Source: Camelus ferus
Taxonomy: Eukaryota
NCBI RefSeq assembly: GCF_009834535.1
Contig: NC_045697.1
Location: 33,606,001-33,670,000 of the forward strand
Length of the DNA: 64,000 bases
Direction of reading: 5' to 3'
Shown: in pieces, positions 12,876 through 26,243 of the stretch
Position numbering within the stretch: position 1 is the first letter of the stretch
Layout of the letters: each line of letters starts with the position of its first letter
The notes under the pieces: generated by a model
What the model saw: the letters and a program-made list of their open reading frames with translations, nothing else
Told to the model about the DNA's origin: nothing
Databases searched by the model: none
Position numbers and translations under genes: made by a program

Positions 12876-13821
12876 AACTCTTCACCCTATGGTTAGCTCT
12901 CTTGTAGCTTAGGACCTAGGGAATGAGGCTTCAACAAGTTGAGCTGGTGCTTGGACTTGGATAGTAAGTTTCCAAACTGAGAAAAATAGCATGAGCAAAA
13001 GCCCAGGAAAGAAGAGTAAAGGGAAAAGTTGTAGAACAGCATGTAGAACGAAGTATCAGATAAGAGAGAAGCCCCAAATTCCATAGTTTAACCTGTTCCA
13101 TAGTTTAACCTATCACTGGTCACTTATATTCAGTCAGTTATATTTAAATCAATATAAATGAAATCAGGCAATGTGAGATTTCATAACACTTAAAAACCGA
13201 ATTGAAAAATCAGTTTTATTTCTATAAAAGACAATAAAAACATTGCACATTATAGGATAATAAAAGTTGCCTTTTGAGAGTTTTGATGGCATTAACATAT
13301 CCTTGAAAAGATTTATCTTGTTAAACCCATGCTACTTTTTTTTAATACCTAGGAGTCATTTCTCAGTTAAAAAAATCTATATCAAGTGAAATAGCAATTT
13401 TCAAGGAATTAAAAAAAAATCTAAAATAAGAAGTTAGAAATTCAAAAAGAATTTCTAGCCAGTACGCTTTGACCTAAACAATAATTTTTAGAATCCTTAG
13501 ACTCACCAGGATTGATAAAACACCTGATTCTTACCATATTAAAAATTAGTGTGTGTGTGTATAGTTAATAAATAAAACTTACTTTAAAAAGAGTAATATA
13601 ATTAAAGGAAAACTAATAGTAAATTTATATTTTTTCAGGTTAATGAAATGCTGAAGGAAAAAAAAATGAGAAATTCATGGAAAACATGATTTTGTCTATC
13701 TTAGTGCAAAGCAGAGACCAGCACTGACCTAAGTCAGCCCATGAATGATCATCGAAACAAAATTCTTTACCCACAGGATTCTAGAGGCAGGTGTGGAGGC
13801 TACCATTTCTAACAAGCACTG

Positions 13822-13834
13822 TGCTGACTCAGCT
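13822..13834. promoter_or_regulatory. Candidate MARE/ARE (Maf/NFE2/AP-1) motif
   Basis: TGCTGACTCAGCT matches the palindromic T-MARE TGCTGACTCAGCA at 12/13 positions, in non-repeat sequence. Confidence 0.3.
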
Positions 13835-16800
13835 AGTTTCCCAGAATATCTACTTGTTCTATTTTCTGCTTTGGGCCCTAAGTCACCTCTGGTGTGTTCT
13901 AACTTGTATTTGGTTTCCAAATTTAACATTTTTTTTTTTTTAACTGGGAAGCAAAATTAAGTTGAGGTTTCGTTAGAAAAACTTTACAGGACTCCATTTC
14001 ACGGCCTGTGAATCCAATCAACACTCAAAAATTAGGTGGATGATTAGCTAGTGTATGGATTATCGAGGCCATTTACTTCTCTTCCTTTCATTGCCTCTCC
14101 TTTAACTATTCAGTTGTCTACCTGCATTTCTACCAGATAAGGTCCAAGTGTAGCAAAGTCCAAAATAAGTAAACAAGACAATTGAGTGATATAACAGATC
14201 AATACTGTGCCTCTCTTACTTGTTATGTTACTATTGGTTAAAAACAACCATTACAAAAAAATAAAACCTCAAAATAGAAAACAGATTTTAAAAATTGTAT
14301 CCTCTGGAAATGATGAAATTGTTTATTGAATGAAAAAACACTGCTGGGTTATCTGTCAATTTCATTGACCCACCACTATCTACCATTACTATGAAATTTT
14401 TAGAATGAGCTGTTTCTGGTGGGCATATTCCTGTTCATGGTATTAATAATGTCATGATCCTAGAACACTGGTAAAATTACATAAAATGAAATAAGATGAT
14501 ACATTTTATCCAATGCAAGGGAAAAAATACGAATTCTCAGCCAAATGAACCACTAAAGCTCCACTCCTCAGGCTTTCCTCTAAACATTAAGCTGAGCAAA
14601 GGAAGTCTTGAAGTTTTTCAGTGGTTTTTTTTTTTTTTTTTTTTTTTCCTCTCTGTAAACCCTGAATTGGTTTCTGTAAACGGGTCTGAGTTACACTCTT
14701 TGGGGAATTGCTTTTATAGATCCAATTAAAGTGTATCCTACTAGTATTCTGGAAGTTCAGGTTTAGCAAACATTTCCAATGTAGCTGACATGTCTTAAAA
14801 ATTTAAAGACAACAAGAGAAAGTGAGACCCTCTCTGGAATTGCCACTTAGTAAGTAACTAAAGGAAATAAAGGTTATCATAGACTTTTCATCAAAAAAAG
14901 ACTTTTTGTAGGTTTGCATTTTTTTTAAAGAGCCAGAACTGTATTGGTTTGGACAATGCTGTATCTTAAAATCAAGTAAACTTTATGTGTAAGCTATAAT
15001 GTCTATAATTTCTATGTCTGTCATCTAAGTACATCTTTATGCCATGTCTACTTACAATCAAGAAACATAGGGACATTTGAGGCAGGACCAGAGTAAGCAA
15101 TTTATCAGTCTTGAGTAGTTTCTTTGTGATTCTATTAACTTACTCAGCAAATGTTTATTAAGCCCTGGCCTAAGACTAGGCTCTGTAGATGACTTACAGT
15201 TTGTACCCTAAGTGTATGAGTTTTATTTCATTTGGAGTGGGGCAGCTAAATAGCCCCTGAAGAGCCAGCTCCTGAGTCTCTTATTCATACATATAATATT
15301 TGAATAATATATTTGAATCAATAGTTTGGTTACTTCATTTTCAAAACTCAAATTATGTATATAGGTAATTTATTATTGCTATGCTTGTCTTATAGTTGCT
15401 CCTCTTTCACTGTCACTACTACTGTCCCAGATCAAGACTGAGACATTTCAGATAAAGATAATTCAGAGTCACCCAAGCTGTCCATTTTTTTCCATGCAAA
15501 GCTGTTCTCACATTTGCCCATTTAAAGAGAACAACAGCTGCTAGAGTTCCTCTCCTGGAATCTAAGCCCGTGGAGCACACAGTTGTACTTTTGTCCAAGC
15601 ATTCCTCTCCACAGGACTCTGAAAGAACAGGAGACCCCTCTATTTGCTGACCCTCCTGCCTGTGAGTTCCAGCTTGCACCCAGTGATGCTTATTGGTATC
15701 CACCCAAGTCTTTACACGCTACAAGAAAAGATGGTATTATAATTAACAGCTATTTTCAGTTCTGATTTTAGCATATATCAGTGAAATGAGATAACGTTAT
15801 TCAAATGTGTACAGAGCCCAAGAGAACTTTAAATTCCCTGGATATTTCAGTTATCACAAAGATCCAATGAAGCATGCCTGATTAATTTCCAGAAGTAGGT
15901 TTCAATGTCTGCAGGTTGTGTCCTTGATAGACCAAGGATCCTTTAAGATGGCAAATACTTTGCTTAGAATCTTTCAGATTTCCAATCAGATTGCCTAAGT
16001 CCCTGACCTTCAGATGCTTAAACAAGAATCTAATGAGTCTAGGGTCTATACTGACCCAGAGGATATGCCTTTAAAATTACTTCTATATTATTTGAGCTAG
16101 GTGTTTTTACACAATATTCTCAAGATCAACTATTCCCATTCCAGAGTCCAAGATGCCAAAGGGAATATGATTTATTAGGCATTGGCAGTCTTCAAGAGTA
16201 TCACATAACCGAAATGAAGCATTTGGCATTGGGGTCACCCAAATCAGATTTTAAATGTTCTAACATTCATTGCTCTCTCACATGTCAATGAGTTAGATTC
16301 ACCTCAGAAGTCTAGTTTAGTGAATTTTCGAACCTCCACCGCTCCATCTGACACAGTTGATTGAGATGGTAAGGAACAACCTAAGCCCCAAATTGAGTAC
16401 CTAGTACTTCTGTTGTCTCTGAGTTCCCCATTTGTTTTCTTAATATAGAACTATTGGAGCCTTTGCCAGGAAGGTCAAGGGACTTATACAAAATTTGCTC
16501 CTCAAGAAGCTCTGAAGGCATCCCTGATATGCATAGGTCTTTAGCACTTAGAGCAGACATACGCTCAGCAAAGTGAACTCCATACACAATGTCAGTACAG
16601 TAGAGAGAGCCCTTTCCTGGAGACAGTTCTTTCCTACTTTAAGAGGACCTCCTGACAGTCAACAACCAGCATAGAAGTTACTTCTGTAATGGGAGTTCAG
16701 TCTGAGATGATTTCCATTTGTTTGGTGAGAACAAACCAGGCAAGTGTGTCAGTTTAAAGGGCCAGTGCTTAGGTAAGAAGCAGAATCCTACGAGTCCAAA

Positions 16801-17928
16801 TGACTGTTAGGGATATATTAGTTGGTTCTGGCTACATGTTGCATGGGAGAGTCTATCAGCTTAAAGGAGATTCAGGACTAGAGAAGGGAATTAGGCTGAA
16901 TGGGTATAAAACATCTTGGAAAGTGTCCTTCAATATGCCAAAACTTGCTTATTTAGCTATTTTCTATGGCTTCTTTCATGGAATGAATAAAATAAACATT
17001 AGTTTTATGGAAGTGCTGATGTTGAGAAAATCATACATAATAGAAAATTTTGCAGGATATTTCAAAATGCCCTTTTTTGGCGCACGGCTCTAGTCAGGTA
17101 TTCAACCCATAACGCCCAGCAACATTACTGTCATTTCATGTAAGTTATTCAAGCCAACAAAGAATGAATTACAGTATTGTAATCTATTTAAAGGATTCCT
17201 ACTTTGAGTAGTTCTCCAAAGGTTAGCCACAAGAGCTTCTAACTACAAGAGAGGCTGAAAACTAGGTTGTCACATTTGCAAAATGTCTCATGCTTGGGTT
17301 ATTTTGTAGAGAAGTTGTGGAAAAGGAAATTGGAGGGATATGGGACTTGCTTAAATTATCCCCACAACTGTCTCTAGTAAAGTTACTGGAACTTCAGGGA
17401 CTGATGAGCTGAAAGACTTAGTCCTATAAAACTGTGAAGGGATTATACCTGAGGGGAATTCTGGTGAGGCTTAAAATAAGCTTCCAGTGCAAAAAAAGTA
17501 CCTGGAGAAGTCTACCTTCAACTCCCACATCATGCATAAGAAGAATTACTTTTAGATAAAATTTTGAATCATTTGTAAAAAGGAGATTCCATAAACTTCC
17601 TTAGCAACCAATCACTGGCAAACAACTTTCTACATCATTATGTCCTGTCTTAGAGAAGTCAAATCATTCATTTTGCTCTTAAAATTAAGGAGTTTCCCAG
17701 ATGTCATACAGGGATTCCTTTCAGTCTTCTGATGCTATGGATTCCAGCACTTAATAATCTTGGCAAAACCCCTGGAGTTAGGTCTATGAGTAGTTTTGAG
17801 CTCTGCTGATAATTCCTTCATTCTCTATTCCTTATATCCCTGGGGAGGTGGAGGGGTTGGGGGTGGACACAAATTGAGCCAGAGTTACTGGAAAAAAAAA
17901 AAAAAAAAAGTCATGTTGCCCTCTGGAA

Positions 17929-18071
17929 GAAGGTTGCCAGATAAAATATTTGGTATGGACTTATGTAAAAAAAACTTCATTATTTATCTAAAATTCAAAT
18001 CTAATCATTGTTTATCTAAAATTCAAATTCAAAATAATTCTGTATTTTATTTGTTAAATTTAGCAACTCTA
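17929..18071. mobile_element. MER53-like hAT MITE
   Basis: Termini 'aggttgccagataaaata' and 'tgtattttatttgttaaatttagcaactcta'; the internal 'tttatctaaaattcaaat' is duplicated. Confidence 0.8.
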
Positions 18072-18844
18072 CTCTAGAATGAACTGATTCTAATTCCAAT
18101 TAGAACTGCAGAATCTTAGCATTGGTAGGGAGTTTAGAATTACTCTAACTGAAGTTCCCTGAGTCTTATATTGAGCACTTTTCTCAAACTGTAGCTCATT
18201 CTGGGCTCTGCTTGCTATTCCTTCATGAGCTGTGTGGTTAACTGATCCACTTTTCATCTTTTCTCTAGATCTTTATTAAAAATTTGAGTTCAATTAGTGT
18301 TCCCTGTACAGTTACAACAATCCAGTTACCATGCTTCTGACCTCTCCATCAAATATTTTATTTCACTATAGTCAATATTTCAAAGATTTTCATCTATCTT
18401 GAGCCAATGTTCCTTTAAGAGTCTCAGATCATGCAATATTTTTACATTTTCTCCCCCTTCCCCCCACCCCAAACATGTTTATTTAGCACTTATAACTATA
18501 GTACCTGTCTTTATTCTCAGATAACTTGGACACTTTCTTTCCATGTCCCCGGTGCTCTCATATCACAACTGTTCTTGCTCTTTGGCCAAAAATTAAGCCT
18601 AATTCACTTGATTGCTTTTTCTACTTTCCAATAGATAAAGTTGTCCATGAAGAAAGTCAAATATTTATTATAGTTTACACTCCCCTAATTTTTAAAGAAA
18701 AATCAGAATGAGACTTTCTAAAGCTATTTTCCATACTGAATTTTGCCACTGTGCTAATTTGAGGTCTCTACTGGGAAAATATAAATATATTCCTTCCCAA
18801 AAGACTCAAAATGCTACATGTTAATTAAAGAACATACTCTAGAA

Positions 18845-19070
18845 ACTTTATGTGTATAAGACTATGTTCTATAGGTTGTAAAGTTCTTCATATCTATTAC
18901 CTTATTTCATCTTCATTACAATCCTGCAAGGTCAATATATCAAGAATTCTTGTTCCTTTTTCACAGATGGGACTACTAAAAGTAAGACTGGTGAAATCAA
19001 AGGTTACATGGCCAACAAATGGGAGATACAGAGACTGAACCTAGATTTTTAAAGATTTCAAATCTAATGT
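18845..19070 (-). mobile_element. MIR SINE
   Basis: 'acaatcctgcaagg..tttcacagatggga..aaggttacatggc..gagactgaacctag'. Confidence 0.65.
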
Positions 19071-19999
19071 TTTAATGATTTTTTTTTCTGTTTCCTTCTC
19101 CTTTTTGTCTGGTTTGGTTCTCTCCATTTGTCTTCATGCTATGTCCTCCTTTCTCCTCACATTTTCAGCCACTTTGTGGATTTTCATAGATAAATAAAAT
19201 CTTTTATGCGTTGTTACGCCTTTCTGCCTCTAATAGATGTTGTTTTAAAATAATAAAAGTAAAAGAGTACCCTTCATGTCTTCATGTAACCTTTAAATAT
19301 TTGAAGAGATGGGAAGATACAAGCCCTTTACCAGATGTCTTGAACATCCTTATAATTTGATCACTTTTGTGGGGTTCAGGTCTTTTCTTTCTTCCTTTAT
19401 CTTCCTAATTCTTGGCAGAGCATGTATGCTTAATATGGACAGGCATGCACACACACACACCCCACACACACACACACACATCTCAGAGGTGTGGTCTGTG
19501 CTTTTGTAATTTGCCTCATAAGAAATGTTTGTTTGGTTCAAATTCAGTCTTCTTGTCATTGTGTGTTCATCTTATTTCTTGGTTGCTATTCTATGTTATG
19601 TGGATTCGTGCTGGCTCTTAACGTATTGGTCCTAAATATGCCCTTGCAATCTTCCTCCTTTTATTCATCTCTATGGTAACAGGTAATAGGTATCTATATC
19701 TCAATACTCCATTTTAATATTTCATGCCCATATAACTAACAAAGTCAAATGACAAAAAGCATGGCTTGGGGCCTCCAGATGGAAAGATAAAATCACAATG
19801 CTAATGAGTGACTCTCACATCATGAAAAATAAAAGATAAAATAAAAGGAATACTCTTTCATATCTTCATGTAACCATTATTAGTTAGTTCTGTTTTCTGT
19901 TCTTTTTAATAAATGTGGACCTAAACTGTATGGCTCCCCTATTTTCAGTATTGAATCAAATTTACATTCTGTTCAATTATGATGATAAGCATTTATATG

Positions 20000-20369
20000 A
20001 ACTAGGATAGCCTTAATAAACTATAACAAATAAACTCCAAAATATAGTATGAGTGAAACATATTAGAAATGTATTTCCTGCTCACTTAAAAGCACTAGAC
20101 AGGTGAACAGTGGGACTGACGTCCCATGCAAAATGAAGTCTCAATTTCAGGCTGCTGAAAGCAGCAATAAGCATGGAGGCACATACATGAGAAGTTGTAT
20201 TTCATTTTCCAGCCTGTAAGTGGCATGTCTTACTTTTGCTCCCATTCCATTTACTGGCATTCAGTCACATGAACGTGCCTATTTGCCAGAAAGCTTGGCA
20301 AATCCCTACCAGTGTGACTAGAAAGATTAGAACATCCATTTTGGCCAGCAACCAGCAATATCTATAACA
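20000..20369 (-). mobile_element. Old MaLR LTR (MLT1J/K-like)
   Basis: 'tataacaaataaactccaaaat..tatttcctgctcac..cttttgctcccattccatt..cagtcacatg'. Confidence 0.65.
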
Positions 20370-22189
20370 ACATCATTAGCTGCATCTGAATTTTGAGGTT
20401 AATTTGATAACTCTTTAGTCATCTAACACACTTTTAAAAAACACTTCTTATTTGGCTAATAATTGGCCTGTCATTGGATACCACACTTGTAGTGTTGCAG
20501 ATTACAGATGCAGACATCCATCTTGTTTTCTGCAGTTCACTGGAGAAGTTGGCTTATGTGAGGTAATACATCATTCAGCTTTTCTTTAGCTGTATCAGCC
20601 TGGGAGAAGTGATCTGTAATGTGTCTCTTTAAATATGTCTTTCCTGGATGTAACCATCTTCCTATTGAAAAGGTACGACTGAAAAATATATAGTTGATCT
20701 GAGTGCAAATTACAGAGCATTTTATAAAATTTATAAAAAAAAAAGTTTCCTTTAGGAAATGAACTAACCCTATAGCTATTTTTTTTTAAATTAAAAGCAC
20801 CTTAGAAAAGCTTTCTTCTTTAGACATGTACATGTGAAGTAAGAGTTATAACTCATACTAAGGAATGATGATATGTTTTAAGGTTCTTGGCAATAAATGA
20901 TTTCAAAGATTATTTTGCAAGATTCATCATTTTTGACTGTGCATTACTGATGAGTTAACTGCCATTGGACACTTTTGTTGAAGAGATATCAGCATTAGTT
21001 ATGATTGTTCACACAAGAATTTGTATGTTGGTAATAAAACATTCTAACAATCCTATCATTCTTTTATTTTGTTAGTATATTGATTTGGTTTAAGAAAAAT
21101 GTCACTCAGAAGTATACAAATTATTCAGATAGTAAATAAAAATTATCTACAGTTGGAGTTGAAGTTAGACTCTTCTTTTAAAGGATCAATAAATTATCAA
21201 TTAATGTTGTAGAATAAATATGAACAAATCTATGTCTATTAAATTCACATTGCACTGACTATTTAGATAGAACTCGTGATGTCATATTTCATCATCATGG
21301 CCTGCAAAGTGATCATTAACAATCCTACATGTAAGTAATTCTAATATAGCCTTTCCCTTTTTATATTGTACATCTCGTGCATTTTAGATCTACCTTCCCT
21401 ATGCCTCTCCTCAGCGCTAACCAAGAAAATTCTGGAGCTTAGCTTTGGAAATTAAAGACTGCCCTGACGTTAGTAAAAGAAATCTCAGCAAATTAGGAAG
21501 GAGGGTATGTTCTGTCTTCACTTATAACTGCAGATATGCAGATTCAATTCTGTTCAAGTAGTGAATTACGAACTTAAAATTTTTACTTTCTTGTTCAGGT
21601 TGGGGGAAATGTGTAATCCTTTTATTTTCTATTTATAAAACTGCCCTTGGAAGTATTATTTCAAGAATTTTTGTGATATCAGGGCTTCTAAGAATGTTGC
21701 AGTGCCCTGGGAAAGTAAGCTTTAACCTCTAAAATGTCTGTAATGCAGATTGGTTGTCTTAGTAGGTAACACTTTTTGTTTCCCTGGATATATTTAAATT
21801 GGCATTTCTGTTTTGGAAAGGTACCAAATTAATACTTGTAAAATTCATCAACTACGAGAAGATCAGTGACACTTGCCTCTTCTCTCTTATGCATGGGAGT
21901 AAAGTGAAACTTGTGACTGTCAGATTTTTAATGTAAATAAAAAATCTGAGTTTATCTCATTTAAAATAAAAACTTGATGACATCAGGAGAAATGAATATG
22001 TAGCTCTCCTTACATCCTCCACTAATGCTGGCCACTCCTCAGTTAGTTCACTGGACAATTAAATATATGTAAATGATATACAATAAATAGAAGACTGAGG
22101 CTACACCCTGTAATTACAACAGCATGTAAAATTGCTGTATTCATGAATACATGTGAAGGAAACAAGTTGTAGCTTGGTATTCAATGTCC

Positions 22190-22625
22190 TTAATGATACA
22201 GTCAAACCTGAACTCATATTCTCTCCTTAGGCCTCATGCACATTGGGTTTCTTTGCCATTGTTAATACATGCTTCATCTTCTCTGGCCTCCAGTTCTTTG
22301 CCTACGCTGTTCCCTTGCCAGGATGCCCTTTCTTTTTTTCTATTCCTTTTTCTAAATCTTCTATATTTTAATGGACATGTAAAATGCTACCATTTTTCAA
22401 AGAATTGCACCCTACCTTAAACCTAAACTGAAGTAATCATACTCTTCTCTGAATTCTCACAGTATGTTATTAAAAACTCTTAAAATGATCTACTCTGCAT
22501 TATAGCTACTTAATAGTTATCAATTTGTTACTATATTGTAATCATCTTGAAACATGATTGGTGTCTAGATGTTTTTTAATCCTCTGCAAAATATCTTGTA
22601 CAGAGCAGAAATGTAAACCAAATGT
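22190..22625 (+). mobile_element. L2 3' region
   Basis: 'tctttgcctacgctgttcccttgccaggatgccctt..aaatgctaccattttt..tgtaatcatcttga'. Confidence 0.55.
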
Positions 22626-23234
22626 TCAAAGTATTATTTAGTTTCAAAAATATTTAATTTCAAAATAATATCATGCTTGCATCAGGATGTTTTTTCACAG
22701 CCAGAAAGATAGTCAACTGCATAATAATAAAGAATTCATAAAATCTCATAGCATTCACTTGAAGCAGAATATTGCCTAACTCACTGATTCGTTTTCGCTG
22801 TGATCCTGGCTGTGTGTGGACTAGAAGTGGACCAATATAAGAGGCATCCAGCTAGCAAGCGGTTGCTGTGATATCGCAATTTATTGATTGAGATCCTATT
22901 TTGAATGCCTTGTAGCTTGTTTTTGAGCCTCTGAGAATTTTTTTAAAGTGAGAGTTAGATTCAGGATTTTGCTTCATTTTGCCTTTTAGATTTAGTGTAC
23001 ATGGAGAGAAAGAGCCATTCACTCTTAGCTCAGTGTTTTCAGGCAACAGCTCATAAGTGGGAAGCTAAGACAAGAGACAGAAAAGAAGAAAGGGGATCGA
23101 GTGGAAGTGAGTGAATTTTAAACCTCATTTCTACAGATGAAATGGTTGACTGATAACATGCTGTCGTTCTATGTTAGTCTCTTTGGTGTAACCTGTGTGT
23201 GGATGGAAGAGAGGAAAAGAAGAATTAGAAAGAA

Positions 23235-23460
23235 CCTAACACATTAGATGCTACCAAGAGCCAGACATTCTGCTAAGTGATGTGTGGATTATTTTATTCC
23301 ATTCTAACAATCTGTGATACAGGTAGAGTCATTACTCACTTGTTATTGATGAAGAAGTTGAGGCTCTGGAAATTTCAGTACAGCTATAAGATCAATAGCT
23401 AAGCCAGCTTCACCGTTCACCCCATCAGTCCCTCAAGTTTATGTCCTCTCCACTATAACA
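23235..23460 (-). mobile_element. MIR SINE
   Basis: 'gagccagacattctgctaagtg..attgatgaagaagttgaggctctg'. Confidence 0.6.
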
Positions 23461-24589
23461 TGCTGAATAAACTCAAGCATGATGTGAATATTAACATTCT
23501 CACTGTCACTGCGCTTTTTCTTTTTTTTTTTTTTTAACTTCTCTCTGATATTTTTTAATTGGGCAACTTTTAATTCATTGTCTATGGGCTCTAAACACTC
23601 TGAATAATTACATAATCAAGGCATAATCCTAGGTCACAGAGTAAATAGCACTTTCTGAAATACTTTACCCTCTTGAGGAAACATGATGAAGTTAAAGCAA
23701 AAATAGCACAAAGAGGCTTAGAGTCTGGTTGCAGAGTCAGGTTCAATGAAATTTAAAGAAAACCGGGAGACAGGGGAAAAAGCCGAAAAGTGGGACAGCT
23801 GAAAGAAAGCCAAATACACTAAGCATCTCAGTAGATTACATTTTTGGTACTGAGACGAGTTGGAGGGTCACCCCATTGAGACCTTCTTCAAACACATTTT
23901 CTTCCTCGACTTCAGAACTTGCTTTGTACATGAGATGTTTGAATAACTCTTTGAACCTACACATTTCTCAGCAGAACACAGAAAAAGAACTGATTAGAAA
24001 TTTAAATTTCAAAAATAATCAACATTTTAAAAGATTTCTTCTCAAAATACTGTGCAGTGGTTTTCCAGTGGGTCTTGTATCCCTTACAAAGGGTCACTGC
24101 ACTGGCATCCCTGCCAGAATGGACTGTTTGAAAGAATCTTGAATGGTTGCACAAGTGAGAATGAGTAAAGAGAAAAACTGTATTTCAATTCTCAACTATC
24201 TAATGCTCCTGTATGTACATAGTAACCTTTACTGAATTTATTGTCTTATTAATCCTTTGCACATCCAGAAGGTAGGAAGGGTCAGTTTGTCATTGTTTTT
24301 TAATTGGAAGTTTCACTCAATTCAAAGCATTGCAGTGAACTTTGTAAAGAATACATGAGCATAAAAGACAGACTCCTAGACTTAAAGCATCTTTCGATGC
24401 AATGGGAAGACAAATAAATACACAGAATGTGCTCATTATTATGAGCAGGGCCCTTTGACTTGGCATACAGATGTGTTATCATCTGCATGAAATGGACCAC
24501 AGACGGCATATCTGTCTCATCTGTGCCATGAACACCTCTGTTGTGCTATTTCAGACATTTCAACATTGCAGAAAGCCCCTACTTTGCTT

Positions 24590-24730
24590 TAATTACTCGT
24601 TTTGCTATCTGTCTTCCCTCAAATACTGTAAGCCTCAAAAATGAAGTCTCCGTTATTTCTACCTATTAATGTATACATGGTGCTTTATCTAAGTGCTCAA
24701 TAACAATTAATAAATAACTGAATAAATAAA
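24590..24730 (+). mobile_element. L2 3' end
   Basis: 'tctgtcttccc..actgtaagcctc..aagtgctcaaataa..aataaataactgaataaataaat'. Confidence 0.55.
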
Positions 24731-25934
24731 TGCTATGTTTTCAGAGTTACTTTAACATGTTCACGATCACCTCAAATTTTGCCCTTTTCAAAAGTTTTTT
24801 TCTTTTAATAGCATGTTAGCTTCCCTTGGCTGACAAGTAATAGAACTGCTTGCATAATAGGGATTATTGAACAGTATTTCTCACAGGAAAAAATTAACAA
24901 ATGAGGGTAAATTTGATTTGGGGAACTTCTTCATTCATGTTTTCATCAAAAGCCCCTTTCGTGGTACCACTTTAGGGTCGCATCTCCTTTATTCTTGCTA
25001 CACATGTGTATTAAAGCTCCCGTGCTAAGGGCTGGAAGCAGAAGAGCAGACCAACCCTCACTCTCAGGAAGCTTACAGTCCACAGGTAGAGAAATCAATA
25101 AAGGCAACAAATAAAGATTACAGACCATGTTTAAACACTAATGCAAAGCAGAGTAGTGACAGGAAATCCTGATCCAGTCCCAAAGAGAAACTAAGAAATT
25201 AGGGCCAAATTCCAGAACTTTCAACTAACTGTCTTCATTTCAAAATGCAACCGCACCATCTCTGTAAGGTTGACTGCTAGGTATTCAAATTAAAATAACC
25301 TTCTAACTAATCTGATGACTTGCTTTTTGCTAACGCCAAGCAGCAAGTTAGGCACTGTATCTCAAACAGTGGTACAATACAAGGTTAGAGTTAAAAATTT
25401 AGATACAATAGCCTATCACAGAAAGCCAACCAGAATTACTACAGTTGAAGCCAAGGACTCTGAATTTTAACAGGTTTGCCAATGAATTTTCATGCATACC
25501 AAAATCAGATCCACTACCTCTTGCTGACTTTGCTTACTTAAAAATCACCTCTGAGTTTCAAACCTGGTTGTTTTAGTTGAAGGTCTTCTGTTCTGAATTC
25601 AACTCAAATATGGATTTTTAATTAATTATTTTTTAATAAGGTATCATATAAATTCAACAGGAAAATATGAGGTAAAAGCTAGGAGAGACTCTTTGAAAAT
25701 TGCACCAGAGAGAATTCAGTTACTCTCATCAAAGAAAATAATATTAGATAGCACAGATAATTCCTTCTGACAGAAATTACTATTCTGGAAGAAAACATGA
25801 GCTCTATTTGGCAGCAATATTCTGTGAAGTTTTCAGTGAATCCTTTAATATTTTTGAGTCTATGTGTTACAGTCTGTGCGTAAATAGACATAAGACACAA
25901 CACAATAACCGAAGAAGGGTGATCCCACATAGCA

Positions 25935-26152
25935 GTCTTTTTAGCAAAACAAGGACTGGATTTGGAACATGCAGATCTGATGGTTACTCTATCATTTACT
26001 TTTTTATATTAAGTAGATCATTTAGTCCTTCTGAAAATTAAATTCTGATTTTGGATATGTGGACAACAGTACCTTATATCACACTTGCAGAAAAAGTATA
26101 AGCAATATAAACTCTAAAATGTTATTCAAATGTGTAAATTGAATAATAATCA
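25935..26152 (+). mobile_element. MIR SINE
   Basis: 'aaacaaggactggatttgga..agtagatcatttagtccttctga..aacagtacctt'. Confidence 0.5.
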
Positions 26153-26154
26153 TT

Positions 26155-26243
26155 GGAGTGAGGCTCTTTCCAGTTCTTTTGATCTCTAAGCTATTTTTAA
26201 ATATATTGTGCATTGTTATATAGTAAGTTATGTTAGCATCCAT
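26155..26243 (-). repeat. Inverted duplication, left arm (89 bp)
   Basis: Its reverse complement aligns to 27022-27112 with 4 substitutions and 2 single-base indels. Confidence 0.95.

Noticed and set aside
13079..13111. Tandem 16-mer duplication ttccatagtttaacct (similar ones at ~5250, ~8125, ~9885 and ~15300)
   Set aside because: These are ordinary slippage duplications with only two copies each.
17841..17866. G-quadruplex candidate
   Set aside because: It has only three runs of three or more G and no supporting context.
22780..22900. CCAAT/TATA or CArG-like 'ccaatataag' as a promoter
   Set aside because: The motifs overlap with the wrong spacing, the CArG box is imperfect, and no downstream exon is evident.
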